From assembly GCA_963736735.1 (NCBI GenBank), contig CAVTPX010000007.1:260958-324957 (forward strand): DNA of 64,000 bases. Reading direction: 5' to 3'. Source of the stretch: an uncultured Bacteroidales bacterium. Its GTDB lineage: Bacteria > Bacteroidota > Bacteroidia > Bacteroidales > VadinHA17. Shown piece by piece: positions 42,683 through 53,427 of this stretch. The translations under genes were made by a program, and so were the position numbers. Each line of letters starts with the position of its first letter. Position 1 is the first letter of the stretch. The notes beneath the pieces were generated by a model. It saw only the letters and a program-made list of their open reading frames with translations, was not told the DNA's origin and did not search any database.

Positions 42683-44146
42683 ATGAAAGGAACAAACCAC
42701 GCGATCTTCTTCGCAATCCTGTCAGTTTCCGTGTCATGTCTTAATGAGAAGCCTCAGCCTCCGGTAAAGACAATTTCAGCTGAACTTAAGAGCGTTACCG
42801 TATATTCCACGTCGTTCGGGACAGACCAGAGAATTGCAGAAACAAATAAACTGGATTTTACTGCAGCGGTCCAGCCGCCGGAAACAGAAATATCTGTTTT
42901 TGTGAATCCCGCCGTGACATTTCAGACTCTGCTGGGTATCGGAGGCGCAATCACTGATGCCAGCGCCGAGACATTCGCCGGGTTGTCTGAGGACAAACAA
43001 GAGGAACTGATAAAAGCATATTATGACAAATCCGAGGGTATAGGCTACACAATGGCACGCACAAATATTCACAGCTGTGATTTCAGCAGCGGTTCATATA
43101 CGTACGTGGCCGAAGGTGACAAAGATCTGAAGACCTTCAGTATAGAACACGATAAGGCATATCGCATTCCACTGATAAAAAGGGCAATTGAAGCAGCAGA
43201 TAACAGGCTCCTGTTGTTCGCAAGTCCCTGGAGTCCCCCTGCATTCATGAAAGACAACAATGACATGCTTCATGGAGGAAAATTACTTCCGGAGTATTAC
43301 ACCGCATGGGCCACATACTATACAAAGTTTATTGAAGAGTACGAAAAAGAGGGGATACCTGTATGGGGTATTTCAGTCCAGAATGAACCAATGGCTGTAC
43401 AGACCTGGGAGTCATGCATCTACACTGCGGAAGAGGAGAGAGACTTTTTAAAGAATTACCTGGGGCCTGTAATGGAACAAAGTGGGCATGGGGATAAAAA
43501 AATTATTGTCTGGGATCATAACCGTGATATGATTAATCACCGGGCCAGCACTATTTTTAACGATTCAGTAGCTTCAAAATATGCCTGGGGTATCGGCTTT
43601 CACTGGTACGAGACGTGGACAGGCAGTGATCCCATGTTTGGCAACGTTGCCAAAGTGAATGAAGCATACCCGTCGAAAAACATTTTGTTCACCGAAGGAT
43701 GCAACGGACCTTTTACTCCGGAAAAGATTAATGACTGGGCAAACGGCGAGGTGTACGGACGTTCAATTATAAATGACTTCAATGCAGGGGCGGTCGGCTG
43801 GCTGGACTGGAACATTCTTCTTGACGAAACCGGCGGTCCGAATCATGTGGGTAATTTCTGTTTTGCTCCTGTTCATGCTGACACCCGGACCGGTCAGTTA
43901 ATCTATACCCCGGCTTATTATTACCTGGGCCATTTTTCAAAATTTATCCGTCCGAACGCAAAGAGAGTAAACACCACATCAAGCAGAAGCCACTTGCTGA
44001 GCGTAACTTTTAAAAATGAGGATGGAAAAATTGTAACCGTTGTGATGAATCCGGGTGATCAGCCCATAAACTATAATCTGATTGTTGATACTTCTGAAGC
44101 ACAGATCGGTATCCTGCCGCACTCGATTCAGACTCTTGTGTACTAA
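42683..44146 (+). CDS. glycoside hydrolase family 30 (glucosylceramidase/beta-glycosidase type)
   Basis: Signal peptide present. Motifs are GGAITDASAETF, FASPWSPPAFMK, ISVQNEP (acid/base Glu) and FTEGC (nucleophile Glu). Confidence 0.85.
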   Translation: MKGTNHAIFFAILSVSVSCLNEKPQPPVKTISAELKSVTVYSTSFGTDQRIAETNKLDFTAAVQPPETEISVFVNPAVTFQTLLGIGGAITDASAETFAGLSEDKQEELIKAYYDKSEGIGYTMARTNIHSCDFSSGSYTYVAEGDKDLKTFSIEHDKAYRIPLIKRAIEAADNRLLLFASPWSPPAFMKDNNDMLHGGKLLPEYYTAWATYYTKFIEEYEKEGIPVWGISVQNEPMAVQTWESCIYTAEEERDFLKNYLGPVMEQSGHGDKKIIVWDHNRDMINHRASTIFNDSVASKYAWGIGFHWYETWTGSDPMFGNVAKVNEAYPSKNILFTEGCNGPFTPEKINDWANGEVYGRSIINDFNAGAVGWLDWNILLDETGGPNHVGNFCFAPVHADTRTGQLIYTPAYYYLGHFSKFIRPNAKRVNTTSSRSHLLSVTFKNEDGKIVTVVMNPGDQPINYNLIVDTSEAQIGILPHSIQTLVY

Positions 44147-44161
44147 TATTAATGAAGTAAA

Positions 44162-45724
44162 ATGGCACGAATCCAATACATTACCGGAGGAGTTTTGTTC
44201 CTCTCAGCAGTTCTTTCAACTGCCACTGCCCAGCAGAAATCAGAACCCGCACAGGCTGGTATCATAATCAGCACTGACCTTGGAACCTCAACCATAAGCC
44301 GTCATATTTACGGTCATTTCTCGGAGCACCTGGGACGATGCATCTACGGCGGATTCTGGGTAGGGGAGAATTCAACAGTTCCAAATACAAGAGGTATCAG
44401 GAATGATATTACGGAGGCTTTGAAAAAGACTCAGATCCCAAACCTGCGGTGGCCCGGCGGATGCTTTGCCGATGAATACCACTGGACTGACGGCATCGGA
44501 CCGCGCGATAAAAGGCCCAAAATGGTCAACACTCACTGGGGCGGAGTCACCGAAGACAATAGTTTCGGTACGCACGAATTTCTCGATCTGTGTGAACAGC
44601 TCGGTGCTGAACCTTACATCTGCGGCAATGTTGGCAGCGGATCAGTGGAGGAGATGTCAAAGTGGGTCGAGTATATCAATTTTGACGGAGTGAGCCCAAT
44701 GGCAGACCTCCGCAGGCAGAACGGGAGAAAAGAACCCTGGAATGTCAGGTTCTGGGGTGTGGGCAACGAAAACTGGGGATGCGGGGGCAACATGACCGCC
44801 GATTTTTATGCTGACCAGTACAGGCGATATGCCACCTATACGCGCAATTACGGAGAAAACTATCTGTTGAAGATTGCAGGCGGGGCAAGTTCTACGGATT
44901 ATAACTGGACTGAAACCCTGATGCGTGATGTGCCTCACGGAATGATGTGGGGAATATCACTCCATTATTACACAACCAGCTGGGAGAACCACGGTTCTGC
45001 AACAAAGTTCGGTGAGAAAGAATATTTCGAAACGCTGGAACGCTGCCTGAATGTTGAGACTGCACTTGACCGGCACATCAATATCATGGACAAGTATGAC
45101 CCTGAAGGGAAAATCGCCCTGGTAGTAGATGAGTGGGGTACCTGGTGGGATGTTGAACCGGGGAGCAATCCCGGTTTCCTGTTCCAGCAGAGCACAATGC
45201 GCGATGCAATCGTAGCAGGACTTTCCCTTAATTATTTCAATGACCGGTGTGAAAGGATCCGGATGGCTAATATTGCCCAGACTGTAAATGTCCTTCAATC
45301 ACTGATCATTACAGACGGGGAAAAAATGATTCTCACTCCGACCTACCACGTTTTTGAGATGTATAAGGTGCATCACGATGCCACAATGCTGCCCCTGAAT
45401 ATAAGTTGCGGAAACTACTCACTTAATGGTAAGGAGCTTCCTGCACTGAGCGCCTCCGCATCAAAGGATAAGAACGGAGTAGTACATATCTCACTTGTAA
45501 ACATTGACCCGGTAAAAGAAGTGAATCTGCAAATAGACCTCAGGGGAGGTGAGTATTCGGATATATCGGGCAGGGTCCTTTCTTCAAAGCAAATAAATGC
45601 GCATAACACATTTGACCAGCCCGAAGAAGTGATACCGTCTGTCTACAGGGATGCCAAGATCAGGAACAACATTGTGATGATGACGATACCCCCTTCGGCT
45701 ATAATTGTTCTTGAAGTGAAGTGA
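44162..45724 (+). CDS. glycoside hydrolase family 51 alpha-L-arabinofuranosidase
   Basis: Signal peptide present. Motifs are [25 protein letters not shown] (acid/base Glu) and [10 protein letters not shown] (nucleophile Glu). Confidence 0.85.
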   Translation: MARIQYITGGVLFLSAVLSTATAQQKSEPAQAGIIISTDLGTSTISRHIYGHFSEHLGRCIYGGFWVGENSTVPNTRGIRNDITEALKKTQIPNLRWPGGCFADEYHWTDGIGPRDKRPKMVNTHWGGVTEDNSFGTHEFLDLCEQLGAEPYICGNVGSGSVEEMSKWVEYINFDGVSPMADLRRQNGRKEPWNVRFWGVGNENWGCGGNMTADFYADQYRRYATYTRNYGENYLLKIAGGASSTDYNWTETLMRDVPHGMMWGISLHYYTTSWENHGSATKFGEKEYFETLERCLNVETALDRHINIMDKYDPEGKIALVVDEWGTWWDVEPGSNPGFLFQQSTMRDAIVAGLSLNYFNDRCERIRMANIAQTVNVLQSLIITDGEKMILTPTYHVFEMYKVHHDATMLPLNISCGNYSLNGKELPALSASASKDKNGVVHISLVNIDPVKEVNLQIDLRGGEYSDISGRVLSSKQINAHNTFDQPEEVIPSVYRDAKIRNNIVMMTIPPSAIIVLEVK

Positions 45725-46593
45725 GGTCCAGGGAAGACCTGCGTATAAAAGAGGCCGGCAGCGGCATGTCATAGACCGATTTCCTGAGAAATGCTCCCAG
45801 TGCCGTGGCATCGGCAAAATGTTCCTGCTCCTCAACGGAAATAATGTTCCCGATCCCGATCCGGATCTTCTTTCTCTTTTTATTGAAGAGTTCTGAGGGC
45901 ATTCTCAGCAACCGGATTTTCCAGTTTATAACCCCCAGAAAGTAGAAGAACGGAGAGTTTCTGTCGAAAAAGCGAACCGGGACAATTGGAACCTTCACAA
46001 AGCGGATAAGACGAAGGATGTTCTCCTGCCATTCACGGTCCCGGATGCGTCTGTCGCTCAGACTGTAATCCGATACTGCTCCCGAAGGAAAGAATCCTGC
46101 AGGATGACCTCCGTTTAAATGAGCAAGTGTTGCACGGAGTGCCCTCGTATTGGTTACTGAATCCTGCTCATGGTTATCATCGACAGGTGCAACCGATATT
46201 AAGTTGTCTTTCATAGATTTCACCCGGGAGATCATTTTGTTGACCATCAGCCTGTAATCCGGGCGGATTCCTGCAAGCAGGTCTATCAGCATGACCCCGT
46301 CGAGGCCTCCGTACGGATGATTCGAAACGCTTATAAATGCTCCTTCAGGCAGACTGGGCAAGACGCTCTGCATTGCCAATAAGATAATCTACACCCAGTT
46401 CATCCAGACATCCTGCAGCAAACTCCGCCCCCGATAAATGAATTGAGTGTTCATACAACCTGTTAACCCTGTCATAGGATGTAAGTCTTATTAACGCTTC
46501 AGCACACAAGCGTCCAAACCACGTACTGAAAAAGGGAGACAGCTTCGTGACGTCCCGGACATCAACTATTTTCCTTTCAAAATTCAAAGTCAA
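45699..46593 (-). pseudogene. lysophospholipid (PlsC-type) acyltransferase family protein, one frameshift
   Basis: Fragments are 46345..46593 and 45699..46379. The HX4D motif is SNHPYGGLDG. Deleting one base near 46365 gives GNAEVLPSLPEGAFISVSNHP. The only start in the ORF is a TTG, so the N-terminus is uncertain. Its 3' end overlaps the GH51 3' end by 26 nt. Confidence 0.7.
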
Positions 46594-46798
46594 CTAGTGC
46601 TTGGGTTCTAACCCGTTACAATATGTCAGATTGGTTCCTGACAATCAAATCGGAAATTTATTATATCCCCCTCATTAATACAAATATAAATTATGATTAC
46701 GGAATGGAGTAAGTTTGTTATCTTTAATCCTTTTAACTGTCGAATGGATTGGAAGGTGAGATTTTAAAGTCTGTATTTAATCTTGTAACGATTTTCGA

Positions 46799-47509
46799 AT
46801 GAAACCCAAATTCTTTGAGGAAGCAGGAGAAGTCCTGAAAATCATATCGAAAGACAGGACAAGGACCAATCTCCTTAAAAACCTGGAGCAGAAGACTCTG
46901 GCATATCTGGTTCAGCGGATTCCGTCATGGATGAATTCAAATATGCTGACTATGATGGGATTTTTGGGAAGTCTGATTGTGGTATCAGGATTCATTTTAG
47001 CCGCCTATTTGAATAAAACCTGGCTTTTGCTTGCAATGCCGGGTTTCGCGATTAACTGGTTCGGTGATTCACTTGACGGCAGACTGGCTTACTTTCGCAA
47101 GAGGCCCAGAAAATGGTACGGCTTCGCATTGGATCTGACTATTGATTGGCTCACAACAATTCTGATCGGATTCGGATACCTTGTCTATTCAACCGGATAC
47201 TGGGATCTGGCTGGATTCGGATTTGTCGTATTTTACGGCTGGGCAATGATCACCGCACTGTTGAGATATAAGATCACCGGGAAATATGTAATTGATTCCG
47301 GCGTGTTCGGACCTACCGAAGTCAGAATAATAATCTCATTTATACTTCTGGCGGAGGTCCTGTATACGGATGCAATTCTTTATGCAGGAGTGTTTGCCTG
47401 TGTTCTGTTGTTTATTGTCAATATTATAGAGACACGGAAATTGCTGCATCAGGCTGATGAACTCGATAAAACCGAAAGGGAAAATAAACTGAAGGAGCAG
47501 AATGGTTGA
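46799..47509 (+). CDS. CDP-alcohol phosphatidyltransferase family protein
   Basis: Motif GDSLDGRLAYFR...GFALDLTIDW (D-x2-D-G ... G-x3-D-x3-D) and multiple TM helices. Confidence 0.8.
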   Translation: MKPKFFEEAGEVLKIISKDRTRTNLLKNLEQKTLAYLVQRIPSWMNSNMLTMMGFLGSLIVVSGFILAAYLNKTWLLLAMPGFAINWFGDSLDGRLAYFRKRPRKWYGFALDLTIDWLTTILIGFGYLVYSTGYWDLAGFGFVVFYGWAMITALLRYKITGKYVIDSGVFGPTEVRIIISFILLAEVLYTDAILYAGVFACVLLFIVNIIETRKLLHQADELDKTERENKLKEQNG

Positions 47510-47909
47510 GAGACTGTTTGTTTTTGGAAAGGCTCAGGTTTCTTCCTTTATCGGTGGTATTGTCGATTACCTGATCATGATTTCAATTACTGAATTTTTC
47601 GGGGTCCATTATATTCTGTCAATAGCAATAGGAGGACTGGTGGGGGCTGTTGTCAATTTTTTAATTAACAGACACTGGGCTTTCCGGTCAAAGGAGGTTC
47701 CGTACGAGTGCTCGGGCAGGAGACAGCTCCTGAGGTTCTGTCTTGTAGTAATCAACAGTATTGTGCTGAAATCCACCGGTACATGGTTTTTCACCTCCTT
47801 CATGAAGATTGATTATAAAATCAGCCGCATTATAACTGACCTAATCGTTTCCATTATCTTCAATTATATGCTTCAGAGGCACTGGGTTTTCAAAAAGGAG
47901 CGCGTTTAA
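47502..47909 (+). CDS. GtrA family membrane protein
   Basis: 135 aa with four TM helices and duplicated NFLINRHWAF / FNYMLQRHWVF motifs. It overlaps the upstream gene by 8 nt. Confidence 0.8.
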   Translation: MVERLFVFGKAQVSSFIGGIVDYLIMISITEFFGVHYILSIAIGGLVGAVVNFLINRHWAFRSKEVPYECSGRRQLLRFCLVVINSIVLKSTGTWFFTSFMKIDYKISRIITDLIVSIIFNYMLQRHWVFKKERV

Positions 47910-47971
47910 TCCGACTTCAACAGAACTCATTGAAGTATATGTCAATTTAATTGACATTTGTAGTAATGTCG

Positions 47972-47996
47972 CAAAAGCCCGCTAATTAGGCTTTTG
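47972..47996 (+). terminator. weak putative terminator hairpin
   Basis: 8-bp stem caaaagcc/ggcttttg with a 9-nt loop. No separate T-run follows. Confidence 0.3.
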
Positions 47997-48068
47997 GGAA
48001 TGATCTTGGCAGTTCATGCAGCAGGAATTGAAGTTAATCGTCTTTAGAGTGCTCCTAAACCCCGGGTC

Positions 48069-50441
48069 ATGATACAGAATTTTCTCCGCATCACATTCAG
48101 GAACATTGCAAGACACAAAGTATTTACCCTTATTAATGTCACAGGACTTGCAGTCGGACTGGCAGCATCACTCCTTATAGTCCTCTGGATCCAGGATGAA
48201 CTGTCGTTTGAAAAATTCAATAAAAATGCTGAAAACCTTTTCAGGGTAGAAGAAGACCAGTTTTATTCAGGCGACCGATATCATGTTACTGTAACGCCTC
48301 ATCCGAGCGGACCTGTCTGGAAGGAAAAAATACCGGAGATCATTGAACAAACCCGCCTGAACTGGCTGCCCAGGGTCCTTTTTCGAAAGGAGGAAAATGT
48401 ATTTTTTGAATCAGCAATAGTTGCCGCCGATTCCGGTCTCTTTAAGATGTTTACGCTGCCTTTACTTATGGGAGATCCGGCCACAGTTCTTAATTCTCCC
48501 TATTCAATCGTTCTTTCAGAAAAACTCGCAAAAAAGTACTTTGGGGATATTAATCCTGTAGGTCAGTCAATTACCCTTGAGAATAAATACCAGTTTATGG
48601 TTACGGGTGTCATGAAGGGGATACCCAGAAACTCAATATTCACTTTTGAGGGGGTGATTCCGTATTCTTTCATGAAAGAGATAGGAGCCACCAGCGATTC
48701 CTGGGGGAGTAATTCCATATTTACATACGTACAGCTCGAAAAGGGTTCGGACATTCCGGGGGTCAATAAAAAACTTACTGATGTAGTGCTTGAATATAAC
48801 CCTGAGACCACAACAAAATTTCTTCTTTTCCCCTTGCTTGATATTCATTTGCATGTTCAGTTCGGTTTTGAAGAGAATAACGGGCCCATGATCGCAATCT
48901 ATGTTTTCACACTGATTGCTGTTTTTGTTCTTCTGATCGCATGTTTCAACTTCATAAATCTTTCAACTGCAAAAGCCTCTTCAAGAGCGAAGGAGATCGG
49001 CATCAAAAAGGTTGCCGGTGCAGACCGGAAGACTATGATGATACAGTTCATGTCTGAGTCCCTGCTTCTGGTAGCATTTTCAATGATACTGGCTCTTATA
49101 CTAGTCGGGCTATCGCTTCAGATATTCAATAATATTTCAGGAAAGGAGTTTGTTCTGGCCGACCTGTTTCAGCCAAAGTTTATTTTAAGTTTTGTTGCGG
49201 TCGGCATTTTTGCGGGTATCATATCAGGTTTTTATCCTGCCGTTTATTTGTCTTCACTTAAACCTGTTTCAATTATCAAGGGTGACGGATTTGCAGGAAA
49301 GGGAAACGGCAGGCTGAGGCAGGTTCTGGTGGTAATACAATTTACGCTTTCCGTGTTAATAGGAGTAACAGCCATATTTATGTTCCTGCAGTTAAAGTAC
49401 CTCCAGACAAAGGATCTTGGATTCAATAAAGAGGATCTTGTAGCTATTCCGATGTCACAGAATATGAAAGGTAAATACTATTCACTTAAACGGGAACTCT
49501 TAAAGGAGACGCTTATTCAGGGCGTAACGGCCTCCATGGCGAATCCGGTGAGGCTGGGAAGTAACTCCGGGGGAGCGAGATGGGATGGTAAGGACCCTGA
49601 AAAGCAGGTACTGATAGGAATCAATGCGATTGATTATGATTACCTTGAAACAATGGAGATCGGGTTGGTCTCAGGACGTAATTTTTCAAGAGACTTCCCG
49701 GGTGACATGGCAAGAGACACCTCCGGTAATTTTCTGGTTAACGAAGAGGTGGTTAAAATCATGAATATCGGGGATCCGGTTGGTAAGAAATTCAGTTTTA
49801 TAGGTTTGAACGGAACTATAGTCGGAGTCCTTAAGAATTTTCATTTCAAAGGAGCTGATCAGCCTATTGAGCCCATGGCAATTGCTCTGGCTGATACAAA
49901 TTACCTCAATGTGATCCTGATAAGACTTACTCCCGGGAAGACTGCCGAATCCATTAAATCCCTAGAGAAGACCTGGAGCCAGATAGTCCCGGAATTTCCA
50001 CTTGATTATACTTTTATTGATGAGGATTATGAAAGACTTTTCAGGACTCAGATCAGGCTTACAGGACTGCTGAAATATTTTACAATCCTTGCATTGATAA
50101 TCGCCTCCCTGGGTCTCTACGGATTATCGGCCTATTCAACTGAACGAAGGACTAATGAGATAGGTATCCGAAAAGTAATGGGAGCTGATTCACTGAAAAT
50201 CATTTTTACGATGGCAAGAGAGTATATACTACTGGTCCTGATCTCGTTACTGATCTCTCTCCCTGCCGGATGGCTGATAGCTGATAAACTCCTGAAGCAG
50301 TTTGCCTACAGGATTGATTTAAAGCTTTCCGTCTTTGTCGGTATTGCAGTTGTATCTCTGCTAATTGCCCTTCTGACTGTAAGTTTCCAGGCATTTAAGG
50401 CTTCTCGGATTAATCCGGCAAAAGCCCTTAAGGTTGAATGA
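48069..50441 (+). CDS. ABC transporter permease, MacB-like (double FtsX domain, periplasmic core domains)
   Basis: 790 aa. The N-terminus IQNFLRITFRNIARHKVFTLINVTGLAVG is typical of the family. There are two TM bundles with FtsX motifs, and the protein ends INPAKALKVE. Confidence 0.85.
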   Translation: MIQNFLRITFRNIARHKVFTLINVTGLAVGLAASLLIVLWIQDELSFEKFNKNAENLFRVEEDQFYSGDRYHVTVTPHPSGPVWKEKIPEIIEQTRLNWLPRVLFRKEENVFFESAIVAADSGLFKMFTLPLLMGDPATVLNSPYSIVLSEKLAKKYFGDINPVGQSITLENKYQFMVTGVMKGIPRNSIFTFEGVIPYSFMKEIGATSDSWGSNSIFTYVQLEKGSDIPGVNKKLTDVVLEYNPETTTKFLLFPLLDIHLHVQFGFEENNGPMIAIYVFTLIAVFVLLIACFNFINLSTAKASSRAKEIGIKKVAGADRKTMMIQFMSESLLLVAFSMILALILVGLSLQIFNNISGKEFVLADLFQPKFILSFVAVGIFAGIISGFYPAVYLSSLKPVSIIKGDGFAGKGNGRLRQVLVVIQFTLSVLIGVTAIFMFLQLKYLQTKDLGFNKEDLVAIPMSQNMKGKYYSLKRELLKETLIQGVTASMANPVRLGSNSGGARWDGKDPEKQVLIGINAIDYDYLETMEIGLVSGRNFSRDFPGDMARDTSGNFLVNEEVVKIMNIGDPVGKKFSFIGLNGTIVGVLKNFHFKGADQPIEPMAIALADTNYLNVILIRLTPGKTAESIKSLEKTWSQIVPEFPLDYTFIDEDYERLFRTQIRLTGLLKYFTILALIIASLGLYGLSAYSTERRTNEIGIRKVMGADSLKIIFTMAREYILLVLISLLISLPAGWLIADKLLKQFAYRIDLKLSVFVGIAVVSLLIALLTVSFQAFKASRINPAKALKVE

Positions 50442-50469
50442 TAATTAATAAATCAATAAACAAATTGCA

Positions 50470-52890
50470 ATGTTTAACAATCTTATCAAGTACAGTTTAA
50501 GGTCTTTCAAAAGACAGCGTGCATACATAATCATCAATATTCTTGGCCTGTCTATCGGCATTGCCTGCAGCATTCTGATAGCTCTTTTCGTAATCAATGA
50601 AGCGGGATATGATAAGTTCAATGTAAATAAAGACCGGATATACAGGCTTGTCCTGAACGGGAAAATAGGCGGACAGGAGATAAACGGTGCATTTACTGCT
50701 TCACCAATAGGCCCGACAATGGCAAGGGAGTTTCCTGAGGTTGAGGACTTTCTCAGGATGACAGGCCGTGGGCCCACTGTTGTTGAGTATAATGGCCAGA
50801 CATTCACCGAAGAAGGATGGCTTGAGGCTGATTCGTCGTTTTTCAATTTCTTCACAATACCTGTGATAAAGGGTGACCCCCTGAAAATGCTTAATGCACC
50901 CAGGAGGATAATTCTCAGTGAATCAACTGCCAGGAAAATATTCGGGAATGAGGACCCTATTGACAAGGCTCTTAAGATGGGAACAGACACTGTCCGGTAC
51001 ATTGTATCGGGAGTGATTGGAGACATCCCGGCAAAATCTCATTTCAGCGCCAATATGATCTCCTCATTCATGACCAACCCGAGGGCAAATGATCCGATGT
51101 GGCTGAGCAACAGTTTCAGCACCTATCTTCTTCTGAAACCAAACACCAGTTATACCGAGGTGGATAAGAAGATCCCTGAGATGCTTGTGAAATATGTCGG
51201 CCCTGAGCTTGAGCGGTTTATGGGGATAACGATTGCAGATTTTGAATCACAGGGCAATAAGTACAGGTTTTATCTGCAGAAGCTGACAGACATTCATCTG
51301 GATCCGACAGTCCAGCAGGAGTTTAAAGAAGCAAGTGATCCGAAATACCTCAATATATTCGGGAGCATCGCGATTCTGATAGTGATTATTGCTGCAATTA
51401 ATTTCATGAACCTTTCAACTGCCCAGGCTTCCAGAAGAGCGAAGGAGGTTGGCATAAAGAAGGTTGCTGGTTCAACCCGCGGAATGCTCGTTTCACAGTT
51501 TCTGGCTGAGTCGTTTATCCTCTCATTTATCTCGATGGTGACAGCCCTGATCATCGTAAAGGTTACTCTTCCGTATTTCAATAACCTTCTCGGTGCCAGC
51601 CTGGGCCTGAAGCTCCTTGCCAGCTGGTACACAATACCTGTTCTGATATTGTTCACAGTAGTGGTAGGATTGCTTTCCGGAAGTTATCCTGCCCTCTTTC
51701 TCTCATCTTTCAACCCTTATGAGGTGCTGAAGGGGAGTGTGAAGAACAGCATGCAAAACGGACGCCTGAGAAGAGTTATGGTAGTCTTTCAGTTCACGGT
51801 TTCAATCCTGTTAATAGTTGGCACTATGGTGATGTTCCGGCAGATACGGTACATGCTGAACAAGGATGTTGGATTCAACAAGGAACAGCTGATTGTAATC
51901 AACAGGGCAGGAGCTCTGGGTCCCAGGGTGAAGGCTTTCAAGGAAGCTGCCAGAGAGATCCCCGGCGTGGTAAATATTACGAGTTCCACAGCGGTGCCGG
52001 GCAGGAGCAATAATAACAACGGCTACATGCTTGAGGGAAGAAAGGATGAGAGCTTCCTGATGCAGACAAGCTGGGTCGATTATGATTATCTCGCGACCTA
52101 CGGAATGACCCTTACTGAAGGTAGATTCTTCGATGAGTCGCATACCACCGACCGCGATGCCTGCATTGTAAATGAAAGCGCAGTCAGGGAATTCGAAATC
52201 AAGGATCTCAGCCAGACGAGATTCATAAGGCCCAACGATGAAAACTCAGTACAGTATCTGCAGGTGATTGGAGTGGTCAAGAATTTTAACTACGAGTCGC
52301 TCCGAAATCCGATTCAGCCTTACATACTTTGTTTCAAGGGTGATGACCAGTTGTGGGGTTATCTGACAGTGAAACTCTCTCCCCAGAACTACCCCGAAAC
52401 TATCACTGAAATAGAAAATCTGTGGAAAGAATTTACCGGAAACGATCCTTTACAGTACTACTTTCTGGATGAAGATTTCGAGAATATGTATATACAGGAG
52501 AAGCAGAATGCACAGATGGCAGTCATTTTCTCAATCCTGGCAATATTCATTGCCGCTTTGGGTCTGTTTGGCCTTACATCCTTCACTGTCGAACAGAGAA
52601 CAAAGGAGATTGGAGTGAGGAAGGCGATGGGTTCAACTGTGGCCGGAATTTACGTTGTAATTTCGAGGGAAGTCCTGGTTCTCGTATCCCTTTCAGCCCT
52701 GATAGCCTGGCCCTTAATTTATTATGTAGCCGATAAGTGGCTTGAAAATTTCTATTACAGGATTGATCTCGGGCTGTTTACTTTTGTTGCCGGCCTGGCT
52801 ATTGCACTCTCAACGGCGCTGTTGACAATCAGTTACCGTATTCTCAGGGCTGCGAGGATAAATCCTGCACAGTCCCTTAAATATGAATGA
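50470..52890 (+). CDS. ABC transporter permease, MacB-like (double FtsX domain)
   Basis: 806 aa, paralogous to 48069..50441 (FNNLIKYSLRSFKRQRAYIIINILGLSIG ... INPAQSLKYE). Confidence 0.85.
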   Translation: MFNNLIKYSLRSFKRQRAYIIINILGLSIGIACSILIALFVINEAGYDKFNVNKDRIYRLVLNGKIGGQEINGAFTASPIGPTMAREFPEVEDFLRMTGRGPTVVEYNGQTFTEEGWLEADSSFFNFFTIPVIKGDPLKMLNAPRRIILSESTARKIFGNEDPIDKALKMGTDTVRYIVSGVIGDIPAKSHFSANMISSFMTNPRANDPMWLSNSFSTYLLLKPNTSYTEVDKKIPEMLVKYVGPELERFMGITIADFESQGNKYRFYLQKLTDIHLDPTVQQEFKEASDPKYLNIFGSIAILIVIIAAINFMNLSTAQASRRAKEVGIKKVAGSTRGMLVSQFLAESFILSFISMVTALIIVKVTLPYFNNLLGASLGLKLLASWYTIPVLILFTVVVGLLSGSYPALFLSSFNPYEVLKGSVKNSMQNGRLRRVMVVFQFTVSILLIVGTMVMFRQIRYMLNKDVGFNKEQLIVINRAGALGPRVKAFKEAAREIPGVVNITSSTAVPGRSNNNNGYMLEGRKDESFLMQTSWVDYDYLATYGMTLTEGRFFDESHTTDRDACIVNESAVREFEIKDLSQTRFIRPNDENSVQYLQVIGVVKNFNYESLRNPIQPYILCFKGDDQLWGYLTVKLSPQNYPETITEIENLWKEFTGNDPLQYYFLDEDFENMYIQEKQNAQMAVIFSILAIFIAALGLFGLTSFTVEQRTKEIGVRKAMGSTVAGIYVVISREVLVLVSLSALIAWPLIYYVADKWLENFYYRIDLGLFTFVAGLAIALSTALLTISYRILRAARINPAQSLKYE

Positions 52891-52893
52891 AAA

Positions 52894-53016
52894 AGTCTGA
52901 AGGTCTGAAGGTCTGAGGTCTGAAGGTCTGATCTGCCAGCTGGCGGATGAAGGCCGAAAGGCTGACTTCAGACCGAGGTTCGAGACCTAGATCGCAGGAC
53001 CGCAGGACCGCAGACC
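52894..53016 (+). repeat. composite repeat: GGTCTGAR array + CTGCCAGCTGGCGG palindrome + GCCGAAAGGC hairpin + CGCAGGAC octamers
   Basis: Sequence reads agtctgaa ggtctgaa ggtctgag gtctgaa ggtctga tctgccagctggcgg atgaaggccgaaaggctgactt ... cgcaggac cgcaggac cgcagacc. It fills the gap between convergent genes. Confidence 0.85.
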
Positions 53017-53019
53017 TTT

Positions 53020-53328
53020 CTAATACATACTGTTGATGAGTTGTCCGAATTCGTCGCGTTTTTTCAGAGGAAATGAATGATTATTTCCGTCCCGCGTAAC
53101 GACCCTGATACCCTGAGCTGAAAAGAAGCCACGACCGAAGTAGATGACTTCCAAAATGTTGTCAAACAATATTTCAAAATTATGTCTCTCATTGTCAGCC
53201 CTGACAGACTTGAAATATATGCGCTGGTTAGTCACGATAAGTTTTCCGTCAATTGTACTGTTATCAACCACCTGGTTGGTGTCACCTGCTTTGATAACCA
53301 CTTCGTTCGGGTTCAGTTTCACTGTCAT
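53020..53328 (-). CDS. small PH/GRAM-like domain protein
   Basis: 102 aa. The pattern GKLIVTNQRIYFKS ... ILEVIYF is typical of bacterial PH (GRAM-like) domains. I recognised the pattern by eye only. Confidence 0.5.
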   Translation of the reverse strand: MTVKLNPNEVVIKAGDTNQVVDNSTIDGKLIVTNQRIYFKSVRADNERHNFEILFDNILEVIYFGRGFFSAQGIRVVTRDGNNHSFPLKKRDEFGQLINSMY

Positions 53329-53427
53329 AATTCTGTCAGTTAGCAGTTTTTAGGTGTTCGGCAATTTCATGCCTTAAATTATATTAAAGACGTAATTTTA
53401 CTGTGGTTGTTGCAAGACTCTCGAACA

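Noticed and set aside
47939-47957. The 9-bp perfect inverted repeat atgtcaatt-t-aattgacat as an operator for the permease operon.
   Set aside because: It is AT-rich, present as a single copy, and located upstream of the putative gtrA terminator hairpin rather than next to a promoter. The evidence is insufficient for a regulatory call.
48007-48022. The sigma-54-like TGGCAG-ttca-TGCA upstream of the first permease gene.
   Set aside because: The GG-to-GC spacing is two nucleotides too short for a -24/-12 promoter.
50445-51026. 193-aa minus-strand ORF overlapping the start of the second permease gene.
   Set aside because: It is antisense to a conserved MacB-type N-terminus, and its translation has no family features.
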